Positions 34,783 through 49,223 of a DNA stretch of 64,000 nt are shown here, piece by piece. This DNA is from Oculina patagonica (Eukaryota), in contig NC_135763.1 in the NCBI RefSeq assembly GCF_052425735.1, positions 3,658,001-3,722,000 on the forward strand. The letters run 5' to 3'. The position numbers were made by a program, and so were the translations under genes. Under the pieces are notes generated by a model. It saw nothing but the letters and a program-made list of their open reading frames with translations. It was not told where the DNA came from and did no database searches. The stretch's first letter is position 1. Each line of letters opens with the position of its first letter.

Positions 34783-36961
34783 CAGCACTACTTATTAGAT
34801 TTTAAGAAAATATTCATTGACTGATGGTTGTATTACATCACTTCACTGTTGTTGATTAAGGTTGGTTCACCCACCCCTCTGGTCTGGTGAAAACTGTCCT
34901 TGGCCCGGTGACTTTTTATCTTCCCTAGTGAAACGTAAAAACTCCTTAGCCTTTGTAGATTTTAAAATTTCCTGGTCAGTTTTTTTTCCATCCTCCCGTG
35001 CTGGGGTGCAAATTGTCAAAATTTCTGAACCCGAGAATTGAAGGTCTATGATGTATTATACGTTCACCATACGTGTATCGGAAAAAATGTTTACTTTAAT
35101 GTTGCTTTGACGGTCCTGATTTGGGTACTTTTTTGTTAGCTTCATTTAAAGATGTTTTTGTTTGTCCGCCTTCTGTCGAGAAAAACTCCATTGAATTTTT
35201 GTCTGAACTGATGAGGTTTTCGAATCCCTGGCGAATATCAAGACTTCACCAGGTGTCGGGCTACAAAGGGGTGTCAACAGGCACTGAACGAACAAAAACT
35301 TGGATTATGGTCATCTAATGTTGTTTTCTCAGCCAGGATCACGGATGTTAGTAACTTATGTCGGTTTTGACCGTTCATTAGTTCACAATAGCTTTGTCAG
35401 CGAGTGAAATAAAAAATATTTTGGGGCCCCAAACCAAATCTCTACTTACCGGCCGGCAATAAATGATTATTTATATTCGTTCGTTAGTCACAGGCAGACC
35501 ACCCTATGTGTTCGCAGTTAAACCTCTGTTGACATCAATCCGAATACTTCAGTTGAGTTAAATGGAATGTTATTCTACTCGTGTGTGACGTTTTATCCGC
35601 TTTTCTGCGCCATTTAAAGCGTCATTTCACTAAGAATCGCTTTCGAACGTTGGCTTTATATGTAAGAGGAGAGACATTCCTTGATGAAAGAATGGATATG
35701 AGAGAATTAAATACAACAATTGTACAGAATTTTCCGACGGTTCGTACAAACTTAGATGAAAGAACCTGACTTCAAAAATGTTATTCACAATTACTGTTCG
35801 AATTCTTTTCAACTGAAATGTCCGAATTGTTACTTTTTTTTCTGGCTATTTTAATAATTGAAGTTAACATCACGTGTCATTTCCAAAGCTTTCATTAATG
35901 AGCGCCTATTCCAACAAATCAAAACATTCCTCGGTGCTGGCCTGAATACAAGCTTTCTCCCGACATTGTTGAGCTTACATTCAATACACAAAAATGTTGA
36001 ACATTTCGAAAAAGGTATTAATGGAGCATTTTTTTGTTCAAACCACATTTGTCGTGGCATATTTGAATGAATATTAATTGCGTATAAGAGTTTAAGTGTC
36101 ATGGCACACCCATAATTTTAGTGTTGGTCATCGTTGTTCTTTGAAGCAAACGGCGAACATCTTCCTCCTTGTGCTTCGTTCAGATAAGTCAACATTTTCT
36201 CTCCTCTTTGTAAAATGCTATTTTTTGAGTTGTTATGTAATTACGCTAGCCTTTAAGTTTTGCCTTGTAAACGGTCTAATATAGCCAAGCAGTAGAGTTT
36301 AGTTCAAATTACTCATCGGCCACGCCGCGGAAATCGTTAAAGTGTAATTGTTGAAATACTGGGTTTCCAAACACGTGTTTTTTTCCGTGAGTAGTTACTG
36401 TATTATACTGTTAGGCCAAGCGCGGACTGTTTCTCACGCCACTAACCTTTCGTTCGCGATTTGTTATAATCGTATCGAATGTAAGGGTTGTTTTAAGTTT
36501 CTATACTTGTCGGTAAGTTGGCATCAAACCAAACTCCTTCGACGCCTCCTTCCCGTCCCAGACGGAAAATAGGAACTTTTGACTGGTTTAGAATACAAAT
36601 ACCTAATTTTTTCTTGTGTTTTTCGTTAAATTTAGCAGCTGCAGAGCAGTAGAAGTGCTCCCAAAAGAATCTTCAAACAGAGCGGCCATGTTCAGTGTTG
36701 GCGCCAAAAAACTCGTGAATCAGCAACAAGCAAGTGGGACGTTGTTATTCCATACTCGCCGACCTCTTGGCGTTACAAACAATTGCAAATTCAGGTAAGG
36801 TGATCGTTCGATGATTGCTGAACAGTTAATTTGTCATTTACAAGATCCTGTCTCAATTTAAGTCTGTCTAAAAGCCTAGATGGTATACCGGGGCAGCACT
36901 GATGTGATCTACTTTCATAACAAGACTGCCCTGAATGGTGATAAAATTTTAAATTGACTTA

Positions 36962-37160
36962 CCGTAAATGATCGATTAAGCGCCGCGGCGCTGATTTAAT
37001 TTTCCCTGTTAAGGTTCGGCGCTTATTTGAGAGCGCCGCTTATTCCAACTACCGGAGAGGTTACATAAATACCAAAATTAGCGCCGGGGAGCCAAGAGCT
37101 TATTAAATTATTTTCGGTAAAGGTGCGGCGCTTATTCGAATAGCGGCGCTTAATTTACGG
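36962..37160. mobile_element. Tc1-like MITE
   Basis: ta|ccgtaaat..ttaagcgccgc ... gcggcgcttaatttacgg|ta. Confidence 0.65.
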
Positions 37161-39344
37161 TAATTGCTTCACGTTGAAGTGGTGGTAAATTTGGTGAAAC
37201 GAGCTCAAGGATATCCTTGATTATTTTTTAATACGCCTTAGCCAATAAGTGTCTTGTTATACACAGCAAAGACTTTTAAAGAAAGGCGGTCGTTGTTCAA
37301 CATTTACGACCAACAATGCACCCTCTGACGTCAAGATTTTGCAGTGTTGCCCAATCTGCGTTTTTTGGCGGGAAACAGTTTTATTGTTAGTTTTCTGTGA
37401 CCTCGAGGTAGCTTATGAGAGCGCGCGCAGCTGGGGAAAAAAATCAGCTCTATAAAAAAAAAATATATAACTTAAGCTAAATAAAGAGCAAATTTCAAAG
37501 AACGGGAAACGTCCATTTACGATAACCTCAGTTCTTATTGTGTATAATTGGCTACATTTTTTTCTTCAGTTGGTTGAAGAGATCAATATTAAAGAACGTT
37601 CATCAAGTGCAACTATTGTTTTGTAGCTCGTCGCCTCTGGATCCAATTGACTATTGGATATATCTTATTTCAGATAAGTATTTTTCGAAGTTCTTCCGGT
37701 TTTTTTTTTTATTACTATATGCTATTGTCCTGAATTACCACCAAGAGGAATTAATGAAAATCAGTAAGAAGAACGCAAGATTGCAGTTGATTGTTTAGTG
37801 TAATTCTAGTTCGTATAACGCAATGATGAGCAAACCAAACTTCAAACTTGTTTAAAATAGAAACGGGAAATGTGTTCTTTTAAAAATAAGGCTAAAAACA
37901 GTGATACACCGGACTAGTGTTTTCGACATCTTGTCATACAATGAAAAGTACCTTGATTAAATTTATATCAAATCATCTTAGTAACGTTTACCAAGTACTT
38001 GGGAATGAGAAAAAGTCGTTATCTGAAGGATATATTCTTATACCACCAAATTCTTATAACTAACATTTAAAACAGTTTTGTATTGAAAGGATTGACATCT
38101 AGTGCCGCGTTTTTCCAAAACCTGTTAACTGAGGCTCTATTATCTTTCGCTTCGCTCAGCCGAATAGAAAACATAACTATTATAAGTAATGACGCAAACA
38201 AACAATACAAAAATTATGGACGGTGCCGCCAGCGATCGAGTTTATAAGCGAAAACTGAAATGTTACAGTGTATGTACTGACGTTACCTGAATATAAGCTA
38301 CAACATAAACAGTGAAGAAAAATCTGAGTGAGTAAAAATTACAACCTAAACGCAGACAGCGAAAAGGAATGTAAACGTGACAAGTACAAAATTCCAACTA
38401 TTACAGGCTACAGTGAAAACCAAACTTGGTTAAGAAAAATACACACTATTTTGAACAAAGATAAGAAAAAAAATTCGAGTAACCTAGTCGGCGTTAAGTG
38501 GTGTGAGTTCATAAGGAGTGCTTCATAACGGGGTTGATAACCCCAATAGGAATAATTTGCAATACATGCTTATTAATTAAAAATTATAACAACTAAAAGA
38601 ATTACGTTTTTACTTTTTCTTGCATAAAAATGTTTTTGCACTGTTTATGTTTCGTGAGTATTAATCAAAAGCATTTGACATCAGTCGAAGCAAAACTGAA
38701 CCAAACCATACTGAAATGTTACATCGACGTTTTAACAGACACGATACCCCATGTTTAACACTATTCCTGTTTCAAACATTCGTTCAGCGTCTTTCTTAAT
38801 CCTGCTTGTAAATGAGAAAATAAGGAAATCATATACCTTACTCTCGTGGTGAGTAATATATGTTTGAAGTTTGGGATTGCAGAATACCAAAATAGCTAAA
38901 ACCAAATCTCAAAACAGTGTGCCGGAACGATTGGATACGGCTACCTGCATTAGTAAATTAAAAGTATTCAACAAAACTTGAACGGCAAACTGGTTATGCA
39001 GACAGAGATAAATAAATGATGCCAAAACAAAAATACATTCGTAATTTTAATAACGCCTAATTGATAACATTACCTGATTTATGAGACATGGCCAGAGCAC
39101 GTTTGTTCAAGATCTGTGACAAGCGTATTTTTTAAATTCTCAGATTTAAACAACACAGCAAGCAAAAATGGTGAATGAAAAAAAGGGCTTTGTCACGGGG
39201 ATTTTGGGATTTTTGTGTATTAAACTGTTCTGAAATTAGTGGTAGGTAATTAAACCCGTAAATACTTCATCTCTCAGTGATCTCTGAACATCTGAAGGAA
39301 GATATAACCTAAGTTTGCAGAAAGAAATCAAACCACGACTATAA

Positions 39345-39686
39345 GAGGGTCTCAATGGGGTTAACCGTTAGCCGTAAAACGGCCAAAAATGTAGCCGTTA
39401 GGCGTAAAAATTGGAAAATTTTAACCGTTAGCCGTAAAATATGTTAACCGTAAAAAATCGGTCAGTAATTATAAATAAACCAAACTAGTTCACTTCATCG
39501 TCCCAGAATGGCCCTGAGACCTAAAATATGTTTTTCAACAATTGAAATAAATTTTTAACCTTTTAAGACAATGAAAATAAACTTTTAACATCTGTTTACC
39601 GTTATGGAAATAAATTAAACGTTAGCCATAAAAAAGCCAAAATTTTAACCGTTAACCGTTAAAGCCACCACCCCATTGAGACCCTC
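39345..39686. mobile_element. MITE with 6-bp TSD and internal ttaaccgtta repeats
   Basis: ctataa|gagggtctcaatgggg ... ccccattgagaccctc|ctataa. Confidence 0.85.
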
Positions 39687-39736
39687 CTATAAATATGGAT
39701 TTTTTGAAGACGCGCGGAAACAACTTGAAAAGTTTA

Positions 39737-39940
39737 GGGACGGACCATTATTTTTTTGGAGGGGGGGGGGGATGAAAAATATTGAAAAAAATTGTTTGCA
39801 AAAACGATATGTATAGCAAAAAATAGTAAGAATCTCGAAAAAAAAAATGTTTGCAGAGGTGCATAAACTAAAAAAAAAGTTTGCAGAGGAAAATTTTTCA
39901 TCCCTCCCCCCCCCCCTCCAAGAAAATAATGGTCCGTCCC
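39737..39940. mobile_element. PIF/Harbinger-like MITE
   Basis: tta|gggacggaccattattt..ttggagggg ... cccctccaa..aaataatggtccgtccc|tta. Confidence 0.85.
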
Positions 39941-42886
39941 TTAGTCTTAATTTTTCAAGTTGTAATCTATTTCTTTTTTAGCCATCTGCAGCAAAGGGCG
40001 CTTGTAAATAATTTCAGTGCTCTATGGCAATTGTTAATGAAAATAGACCATTATCTGAAGGTTTCCTACGACCGAATATATATTTGGCTGTTCAAAAACC
40101 TGTTAAAATTTACGACAAAGCCCCTTCAAGTTATATTGAAGTTTTCTTTGTTTCTTCAGATGGAACAGATATAAAAAAAAAAAGAGAATGCAAGGGGTCC
40201 GATCCGGAGTGCAACCATTATGGGTCAAAGTGACGATGGTGTAGCTGTTGGATTCTGAAGCAAGTTGACTGTTGGCAACTTCGTTTTTCGAAGATAAGTC
40301 AATTGTTTTCTTACTTCTTCTGTACAGTTTCGCTGGGGGATCGGAGTGTACGTACTGTTTCAAATTAAAAAGCAACAGTTGTAAAGTATTGCGTAAAGAA
40401 TACTATTACTGGAGAGTAATGTCTAGTCTCTGTCTTACCATAGTTAATAGAGGGAACTGGTTATGAAGCTCGGTAAACATCAAAGCAGAAAACAAAGAGG
40501 CCAAGATTTAGGTTGAAAGGTCCACGAAGGTGCACATCTTTTGTTTTTCACTCATACACTATGCATGAATTACGTAATCGCAATCTTTCTATTGGTTAGT
40601 TGTATGAACACACGTAACCACCTATTATGTTTCGCCAGGTTTTGTGCACTCTCAACGCCCAAAATAGCGAACAAAAACCTACAACAAAGAACTTTGCGGG
40701 GTTTCATAACCATTTCCCTCTATTAACTATGGTCTTACTGACAAAACCAACACTAAGAGATTTGGTAGGCAACCCGTAATTACTGAAACGTAATTTCTGA
40801 TCCTGTTCATAATCAGTTCAGGTGTCACATGAAGTTGTTGAATATTATGTTCACTTTTCTTTGTACAATTTTAATGTTAGTCGAATGACGCATTGGTCGA
40901 TAAACAAACACGAAAATGTGTTAACACCTTAAGGGAATTCAAACAAAAAAAACTCTCTTGTCAACCCATTCCTTGCAACTCAAAATGCATGAATTAAAAC
41001 TTAAACAGTTACTTGAAACAGGCCTTGGACTGTTAACAGCTCATCAACTCCTCGTCATTGCTAAAATTTGTTTAATAACAACTATGAAATGTTACAGACA
41101 CCTTGATAATTTGACAAATCAAGAATGTTAGAAATCATCATTATTGTCGTTCGTTTTTAGAAGGATTTAGTTAAATCACAAGGGATAGAGAAAAGAATCG
41201 TTTTTTATAACTTGTACAAAGAGTATCGTTATTAATAATGTATGTTCAGTTAATTTTTCTATCAAACATGTTGAGGTGATAAACACCAGGAGGATATTGT
41301 CTTGATTTACTGCCAAAATCTCACAAATAACATTGAAATAAATGTACAGCAATCAGTCAGCAGAACAGATATTTTGATCTAGTATTTTTTTATCTAGTAT
41401 TTTGAGCGTCATCCGTGTGACGTTTCTGTAGTACGAACCAAGCCAAGAACAAAAGCTAAAAACAAACTTAAACTAACCTGTTCGAAAACTTCTCAGGGAA
41501 GTATTTGTAGTGTTTACAAAAAAGGATTTGTGATTGTTCTGAATTTGAATTCATTCAAAGAAACATGCAGCTTAAAACATACTTACGTTTCTTTGTAAAC
41601 GATAAAATTGGTAACTTTCTTATAAAATGATTGGTAATTTCTTGTAAGACGATTTGCGTATGAAATGACTGAAATGAAATTAATCACTTGTTTTGAAAGG
41701 CTTGGAAAGGCGTTTTTTAGCTGATTCTTGCTTATTATAAAAGAGAATTTGTACCGTTTATGTATTTTAGGACTTTGATGCCAGAAAAAATTCAGAGTAC
41801 AACTTACGGCTCTGTAGCATTTTTTTGTCGTCGGGAATATATTTGGAAATATTCAAATATTTGGAAACGTGTGTAAATTTGTTTTTCTTTAGCAATAAAT
41901 AAAGTAAGTATCAATAACATGAACATAACATTACTTTGACTTAACTTTATAAATAATGTATTTTCTGTGTGTTTGATTCTGTCGGCCATGGAAATCTTGG
42001 ATTTGGCTCGACAAATGTTTTCAAAACGCTCACCACAAAAGTTTAATAGTGGGTATTTATACGCCTGATGTAGCAGTATATTGAATGGAAACAAGAGTTT
42101 GGTGCGGGTTGAACCAGCGCATACTTCTTGAACTTTTCAAACACAAAAGGAACAGCCAAATTTTGTCAGATTTTGCAGTTCAATTTTTCCATTTATCAGT
42201 AATAATAGGAGCTTTAACATCTTAAACGCGGCTTCTAATATATCAATATTCTCTCGATATAGGAACGAAGAGAGGAGATGGATGTTGCAAGAATTGAATA
42301 GTGAAGCATCACAAACGTATAGAATTGAGCATGAAGAATGTGTCAAATTAAACTTTAATAAGACTGTTGAAAAAAAGGATTGGCTGCTTTTTGTCATCTT
42401 TCGTTACATGAGTTTGCTTATTTACCGAGAACTCAAAATGGCGGTATTTACGGAAGCCAATATTGACAATGAAATATTACTATTTCATGATTATTCCTAT
42501 TACATGATTATTATTGTTATAAGTTTCGCTTTAGTTTAGTTGTACGCTTTTGCAATACTGTATTTACTTTTAGTCATGCAAATAAAGCTTGTTATTGTTG
42601 TTGTTGAATCAACAAAAAAAGAACTGGTTTTAAGTTGGGTAATGCAATACAGAAATTAAAATAACTTTCGAAATTCAACTCGTGTAAAGAAGGTGTAAAG
42701 AGCATAATAAAAGAAAACGGATGAAACGCTCTTAAAAGCTTTCTACTAAAAAAATAACTCGTAATTGAAAATAAAATATAATAAAAGAAGACGTGCGTTC
42801 TAAAGGGAATGCTGCGTCAAAACATGTCTCCTTGTGTTCTACTTAACTGGTATGTCAAATGTTCGAACAGCCTTTTAGGAACTCCA

Positions 42887-43391
42887 GAGTGAAGGGTGGG
42901 AGGAACAACGACTCCCCCACACCCTTCTCCCACTCCCCTCCGGAGAAGGAGAGAGTGAAGGGGGAGGTACTCCCCCACACCCTTCTCCCACTCCCCTCCG
43001 GAGAAGGAGAGAGTGAAGGGGGAGGTACTCCCCCACACCCTTCTCCCACTCCCCTCCGGAGAAGGAGAGAGTGAAGGGGGAGGTACTCCCCCACACCCTT
43101 CTCCCACTCCCCTCCGGAGAAGGAGAGAGTGAAGGGGGAGGTACTCCCCCACACCCTTCTCCCACTCCCCTCCGGAGAAGGAGAGAGTGAAGGGGGAGGT
43201 ACTCCCCCACACCCTTCTCCCACTCCCCTCCGGAGAAGGAGAGAGTGAAGGGGGAGGTACTCCCCCACACCCTTCTCCCACTCCCCTCCGGAGAAGGAGA
43301 GAGTGAAGGGGGAGGTACTCCCCCACACCCTTCTCCCACTCCCCTCCGGAGAAGGAGAGAGTGAAGGGGGAGGTACTCCCCCACACCCTTC
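42887..43391. repeat. 58-bp GC-rich minisatellite, ~8.5 copies
   Basis: Unit gagtgaagggggaggtactcccccacacccttctcccactcccctccggagaaggaga; units identical from ~42911. Confidence 0.95.
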
Positions 43392-46300
43392 CTGGATTAA
43401 TTTATTCATATATTCAGGAAACAGAAAAGCGAAACAGCGGTGTCTTCTGTAATATTGGCGTTGTCATCGTTTTTTCTTTTACATTTAAATTTTGTTTACT
43501 CCGTGTGGCAACTCGTCTAAGAAGATTTAACAGCTAGAGATATATACTTCCTTAGTGGGAGGGGCTGTTTATTCCATGTAAAATTTTCAACCTTCTTTGA
43601 GCCGATAGTTAAGGGTTGGAAGTTAAACGTTTACCCTCAAACCTCTCCCGCTCTCAAGGGAGACAACTGAAACTTGAGTTTCAACTCCCTTCACAATCAT
43701 CCCAATTTTAGAAGTGAAGATTACTAGAGAGAATATTTCTCCTATCCACAATCGTCCACTATACCAGATTAGAAGACTGTTGGTTGAAGTTTAAACTTCA
43801 TCTACTAGCATTCATTCTCCAATCCAACGTCCTTCGCTGTCTCAGAGGTGAACATGTTGGGAGGGATTGCAGCCCTATCCACAATCCTCCTCTCTTACAT
43901 TGAAAATGGTTGAGATTGTGGATGAAGGTTACACTTCTTCCCACTGTCCTTTCCTCTGGAAAGTGCAGGATTGTGGAAGGGATGAAAAGGTCCTTCCATA
44001 ATCTTCTCCTTTAGGAGAATGAAGATTGTTGATGAAAGTTAAACTTGCTCAATGGGAAAGTAGGGATTGTGAACGAGAGTTAAATTACCCCATAATCCTC
44101 ACTTCTAGGTAACGTGGAGGATTGCGGGCAGCCAACTGTCTCCCCAGGAAGTTGGAGGAATGTGGATCAGAGTTAAATTCCCTTCCATAATCTTCCCCCA
44201 ATGAAAGTGGAGAATTTTTAAAGGGAGTGACACTTTCCTCCACAGTGGGCATATATATCCCTTCTTGAAGAACTTTCTTTGGGCAAAAGGGAATTGCTCA
44301 TCGGAGTAAACTAAATTTAAATGTAAAAGTAATGGACAGCGACACAAGTTTCATCACATTCACTTTTCAAGTGACGTGGTAGATTTATATCCTTATTATT
44401 TTTGTGACTTAGTCAGGTTACATTAAGAGCATTTGGGTCAAGCCTTTAATTTGCTCTTAGTATCTTCTTTACAGTCGTGAAGTTGATTTTATTTATATTG
44501 ACTCATTTATTGTGGCGATTACTGATAAGAATAAGGATTAAGGATGACTCACTGTACAATAAAACTATTTTCTCCGTCAAGTTTACAAAGCCATATTTAT
44601 CAATTGCCAACCCAGCAACGGGCGGTGTTTTGACATATTCCTGACACTCTTTACCGAAAAAAATTAATATCCAAAAGAACAAGAGAGATGACTAAAACAC
44701 AACTTAGCTAACTTTTTTTAAAATACAAATGGCATTTGTTTGTAAGTTATCATTGAATTATTTTTTTGTTTATTTTTTTCCTGCTTTTTCTCATTGTTTT
44801 TTACATTCATTATATTTTTTTCTCTCTTCAACAAGTTATAAAAACACATGTGAAGTAAACATCTCCTATAAGGTACAACATGTCAAACATTTGAAACGAT
44901 CCCTTATTTACACTCAGTGTTTGTATCATTATTACTGTTGTAATTACAAAGTGTGGTTAAAAGTCCTGTCGGGAATAAACGACGTTTCCAAGCGTTCTTC
45001 TACGTCTCGTTAATTCACTCAGGCGCCGTGTTGTTGTTTATTTTCTTGATTGTTCCCTCCCTGAGTACCTGCTGAGAGGATCAAACATTGACAATATATT
45101 AGAACACATAACCTAGAATAAAGGTAAGCAATGTAAGAATTAATCATAAATGCAGCTATCAAATCCTGGGATCGTCCTGTTGTGTTTTAGTCATTAAATC
45201 TCATTTCATTGTGCTGTCGTTTGCTTTTATAATTATAAAATAAGACTAACTTTCATTCGAAACGAAATAAAACGTTCCTTTACTGACAAGTACGTAATTT
45301 GTTGTAAAGAAAAATAGTAATTTCTATTTCACCAACATTTAAAATACCCAAGTTAGAGTGATCAAAATCTAATTTCTCTTTTTTGAGGGCAAGAAACAAA
45401 ATTGAGATTAACAGCAGGAGAAAAATTACCCAAAATTGTTTCGCCTTAAAGAAACAATCTATTAGGAGATTTAACATTGCATTTGCATAAGTTGCAAGTG
45501 ATGAACAAGACTACAGAATTTCAATTTGGACAAATTGAGTTATTCTACCAACTCTACGCATTGCAATTAAATCAAACAAATTCTCAGTTGCTTTCCTTTC
45601 ATTACAAATCTTACTTGTTAATAGCAATTCTCCATACTACTGTATTCGCCATATTTTTCAAAATTTTACCAAATGTTAGATGAATGAATTTACTCCTACA
45701 TCGAGATAATATTTAACAGTAAGTTAATTTATATATTTCATATTTGACAGCGTTATTTGCGATTTCCATATTTATTCATGATCATATTTGACAGAATTGA
45801 TGATTTTCTCATATAACCTCTTTTTGGAAACTGTATATTGACATTGTAAAGGAAAAATAGAATTTGCATCTCACTTTAATACTAGGTTATCCGAAAGTGA
45901 ACATGTAATTGTTAAAGGCGCTGTTATTATTGACATGCCACTAAAATCACTGCAGATGTTTTTAAAAGTCGGTGAATACTTTGTATGCATTTTGCTATCG
46001 ATATAAGTTTCTAGTACATTGTAATCAGAAAATTTAGTTGTGAAAAGTTGAAAGTTCTCTTACACCTATTTAAAGTTTTTTTTTCTCGCAATTTTACTGA
46101 GCGTTGCTGTATAATTTATAAATTGTAACATAATTTTTTCTCATTATTCTCATGCAAATTGATAACGATGTTCATCTTTCGTCAAGTTCGACTCTTAAAT
46201 GCAAATAATTGGTTTCACAAATGACACATAAGCCTGTTTATTTTTTGCCCGCGAATTGAAAATTTCTCCAATCGAATAACTAGTAATTTGTAAGAAAAAT

Positions 46301-49182
46301 GCATGTGTACGAAAATTCATTTAATATGAAAAGTAGAAGGAAGGGTTGGGAGGGAGAGACATGAAGACTTTGAGGGGGGATACGCATGTATATGGGGGCT
46401 GTGGAAAAATTATGTGGTCACAAGGGGGTGCAGAACTTTTTTCTTTTGATGTTCACACTTTAGTTTTTATGTTTTTTTTTCTTCTACAATCATAACTTAC
46501 AAATGTCACAAGAAATATTTCTAAAAGTTGAGCTTTGACGTTTTATTTAATCATTTCTAACAGAAGTTTCAATGACATCCTCCTCATCTTTTTTTCATTG
46601 ACGTCATTGGCTTCACACTGTCATTTTCAGGAGTCTGACTCTTGATCATGTGACATCGTCTGATTTGTCTTTTTTGCTATTTTCCACGGTTTTCTTGCCC
46701 ATAGCAGGTCTGAGTATACTGTGGTTTGCTCCACGTCGTCCATCACATCTGCGTCACGTCGATGAGATATTCTACGGCCTTGATGTAAAACCTTGGGTGG
46801 AGCTTGATCCTTGCCAACTTAGCTTTTAACCACACAATTTCCGGTTAAGGTCTCCTACCAAGACTGCATTTGCGAGGACTTCACCATAGATTTTTAATTT
46901 GCATTCCTGCTTTTTCCCATCTCTTTTTGCCGTTTGACGTTTTTCTTCTTTGCTCTTTCTTTTTTCTCTCCATTCTTTTCCTTTCTTCAGCAGGCAGCAG
47001 CTGTATCCCAACCAAAAATACTACCTAGTATTTTGTATTTATAACTAATGCAGCGGTGAAAAGAACTGATTTGCCTATTCAGTTCTTTATTCGCCCAGTT
47101 TTTAGTAGGTGTAAGTGTTGAATCATTCAAGAAATATTTCGGCCCTCCTGAACTATATATGGATATATGTCCAAGTATTGATCCCATGCAGTTGGAAAAC
47201 ATGTTTCAAGGTACTTGGTGAGTTTTTTTCGTAACTAAAACTTTTGTTTACTTATAAATATCATGGTCAGTGTTTTAGATTGTGGAAGTTGTGAGTGTGT
47301 GTGCTGTTAGGGAATAGGTGCCCTGAAGTTTCTGTTGCAAAGGGGGGCCTTGGATTTTTTTCGGGTCAATGATGCCCCATCTTCATGTACCGCCCCTCTC
47401 CTCCACTTCCTTCATATTAAATGAACTTCCTCTTAGCCGACTTTTGACAAACAGGTTTTGTTCTTACTTGTTGATTAAATGTGTAATTTAATTAGAACTC
47501 TAAATCTGCATTAAAAAAAATTAAACGAATGCTTTAACTCACTATATTTCTTTTAATGTCGCTGGTACATCAAGACAATCTTTCCTAGTTAATGATTTTT
47601 TTAGAACATAATTGGCAATGTATCGATATGGTAAGGAGATATTAGATTTGATCACTATTGTACTTAACCTTAATTGTTTTAAATGGAATGTTTCCGGGGT
47701 TTTTTAACTGCTTGCTCCATGTCGTAGGTCTATCACAGTGAACTTGTACCTGAATGATGCCAGATTTGAAACTGTCGTTTTCTAAAATAAATTGCAAGCG
47801 ACGAAGAATACTATAAAGCATCAATTTTGTCGAATTGCGTTCATATTTCTACTCTATGCCATGCAATCAAACTGTGGTTCTCTTTCAGTAATGATCTTAA
47901 ATATTAATTCTCCACACAATTTCAAATTGCCATATTGTCTGATAAATTAGATCTGAGAGTTTAGAACTACATGGAGACAATATCCCCTAGTTGACATTTT
48001 TTTCCCATCACTTTTTGGAATTATGTAGAAATATTTTAAATAGAAAATAGACTTTTCATCTTATCTCGATAGCTGGTTGCCGGAAACTGAACATGCTATA
48101 GGCGCAGTTATTATTAACATGTCAGTGATTAAAAGGGAATGGTTTGAACTGAATTTTTACCTTTTACTGATAATTTATAAAGCTGCTCAGTAACAAGTTA
48201 TAATCAGAAAATCCACTCGCATCTTTAAACTGATTTGTTTTGCTGCCTCTGATGAGGATTGTATAAATATAGTGAAGTGGAATTGGTCGTCACCTTAAAC
48301 TTAATTTTTATCTTAATATGCTTTCACAGTTACACGATCACTATGTCCTTCGTTAAAAACTTCTACTTCTTTTCAATGTAAGAAATCACAAGTTTGTTTC
48401 ACAATTTAAGCGTAAGCATAATTTTATGATTTGCCTGTGTACAAGTAGAATACTTCCAAGTTTCGTTCGACCACTTTTATTAACATTTCTTGTTTAGTCG
48501 AATTTTTACGAGAAATTTTGATTCTGGTATTCTAGTTAATACGTTATATGAACAGCACTCCAATTTTGAATTGATATTTAGAAAAAAATAACTTACTCGA
48601 AATATTCATTCTGCATCTTTTCTGATTACTTTGTATTTTTTTGTTGCTGGTAAATCAAGACAATCAGGTTTCTAGTTAACGACTTTCTTCATCTCTTGGA
48701 CTGAAACTTTTTATGACAAACAACAGAACAAAAAAACAAGTTAACTATGATGAACTTATCTTAAATAAGATGTTTCCGATGTCATCTTTGGCCAGTGTCC
48801 AAGAGCAAATCATGCAAAGTAAATTGGCGGCACATTCTTGCAAATATTTGCCTTCAACCTGGAGAAAAAAGAAAACATGGTTAACTTTGGCTATTTTTCT
48901 TTGTTTAGTCAAAAGTTTAGGAACGCCGATTTTATTCACGTTGACTGATCAATACGAAATAAGAATAGCACTCTAATATTTTACTAATGATGCGAATAAT
49001 ATTGGCTTACTTCTAAAGTATCAAGGCTTCATAGCTCATGTGGTAGAGCAACGCACCGATGTCGCGTAAGTCAAGGGTTCGAATCCCGTTGTCTCTTTTT
49101 ATGAATATAATAAAAAAACTGAAATATCACAGCGACAAACCGATGAGTGGTGCCGGATCTATTGCTTTTTATTTTCCGCCCA

Positions 49183-49223
49183 GCCCCTGAGGAAGGTTTG
49201 TTCTGCAAACCGAAATATAGGGC
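49183..49223 (+). ncRNA. Minimal type I hammerhead ribozyme motif in a Penelope-type terminal repeat fragment
   Basis: gccc CUGAGGA a gguuug uucug caaacc GAAA uaua gggc. Confidence 0.6.

Noticed and set aside
42887-43391. CRISPR-like array
   Set aside because: Units are identical with no unique spacers; eukaryotic context with no cas genes.
42817-43409. Three long minus-strand ORFs (169-189 aa)
   Set aside because: Produced by a stop-free 58-bp minisatellite; no independent coding evidence.
44975-45026. Third hammerhead-like motif (minus strand CUGAGUGA...GAAACGUC)
   Set aside because: Core has an extra base and no convincing stem I or II.
46540-47200. Lys-rich minus-strand ORF fragments
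   Set aside because: Multiple stops and no recognisable domain; probably decayed repeat.
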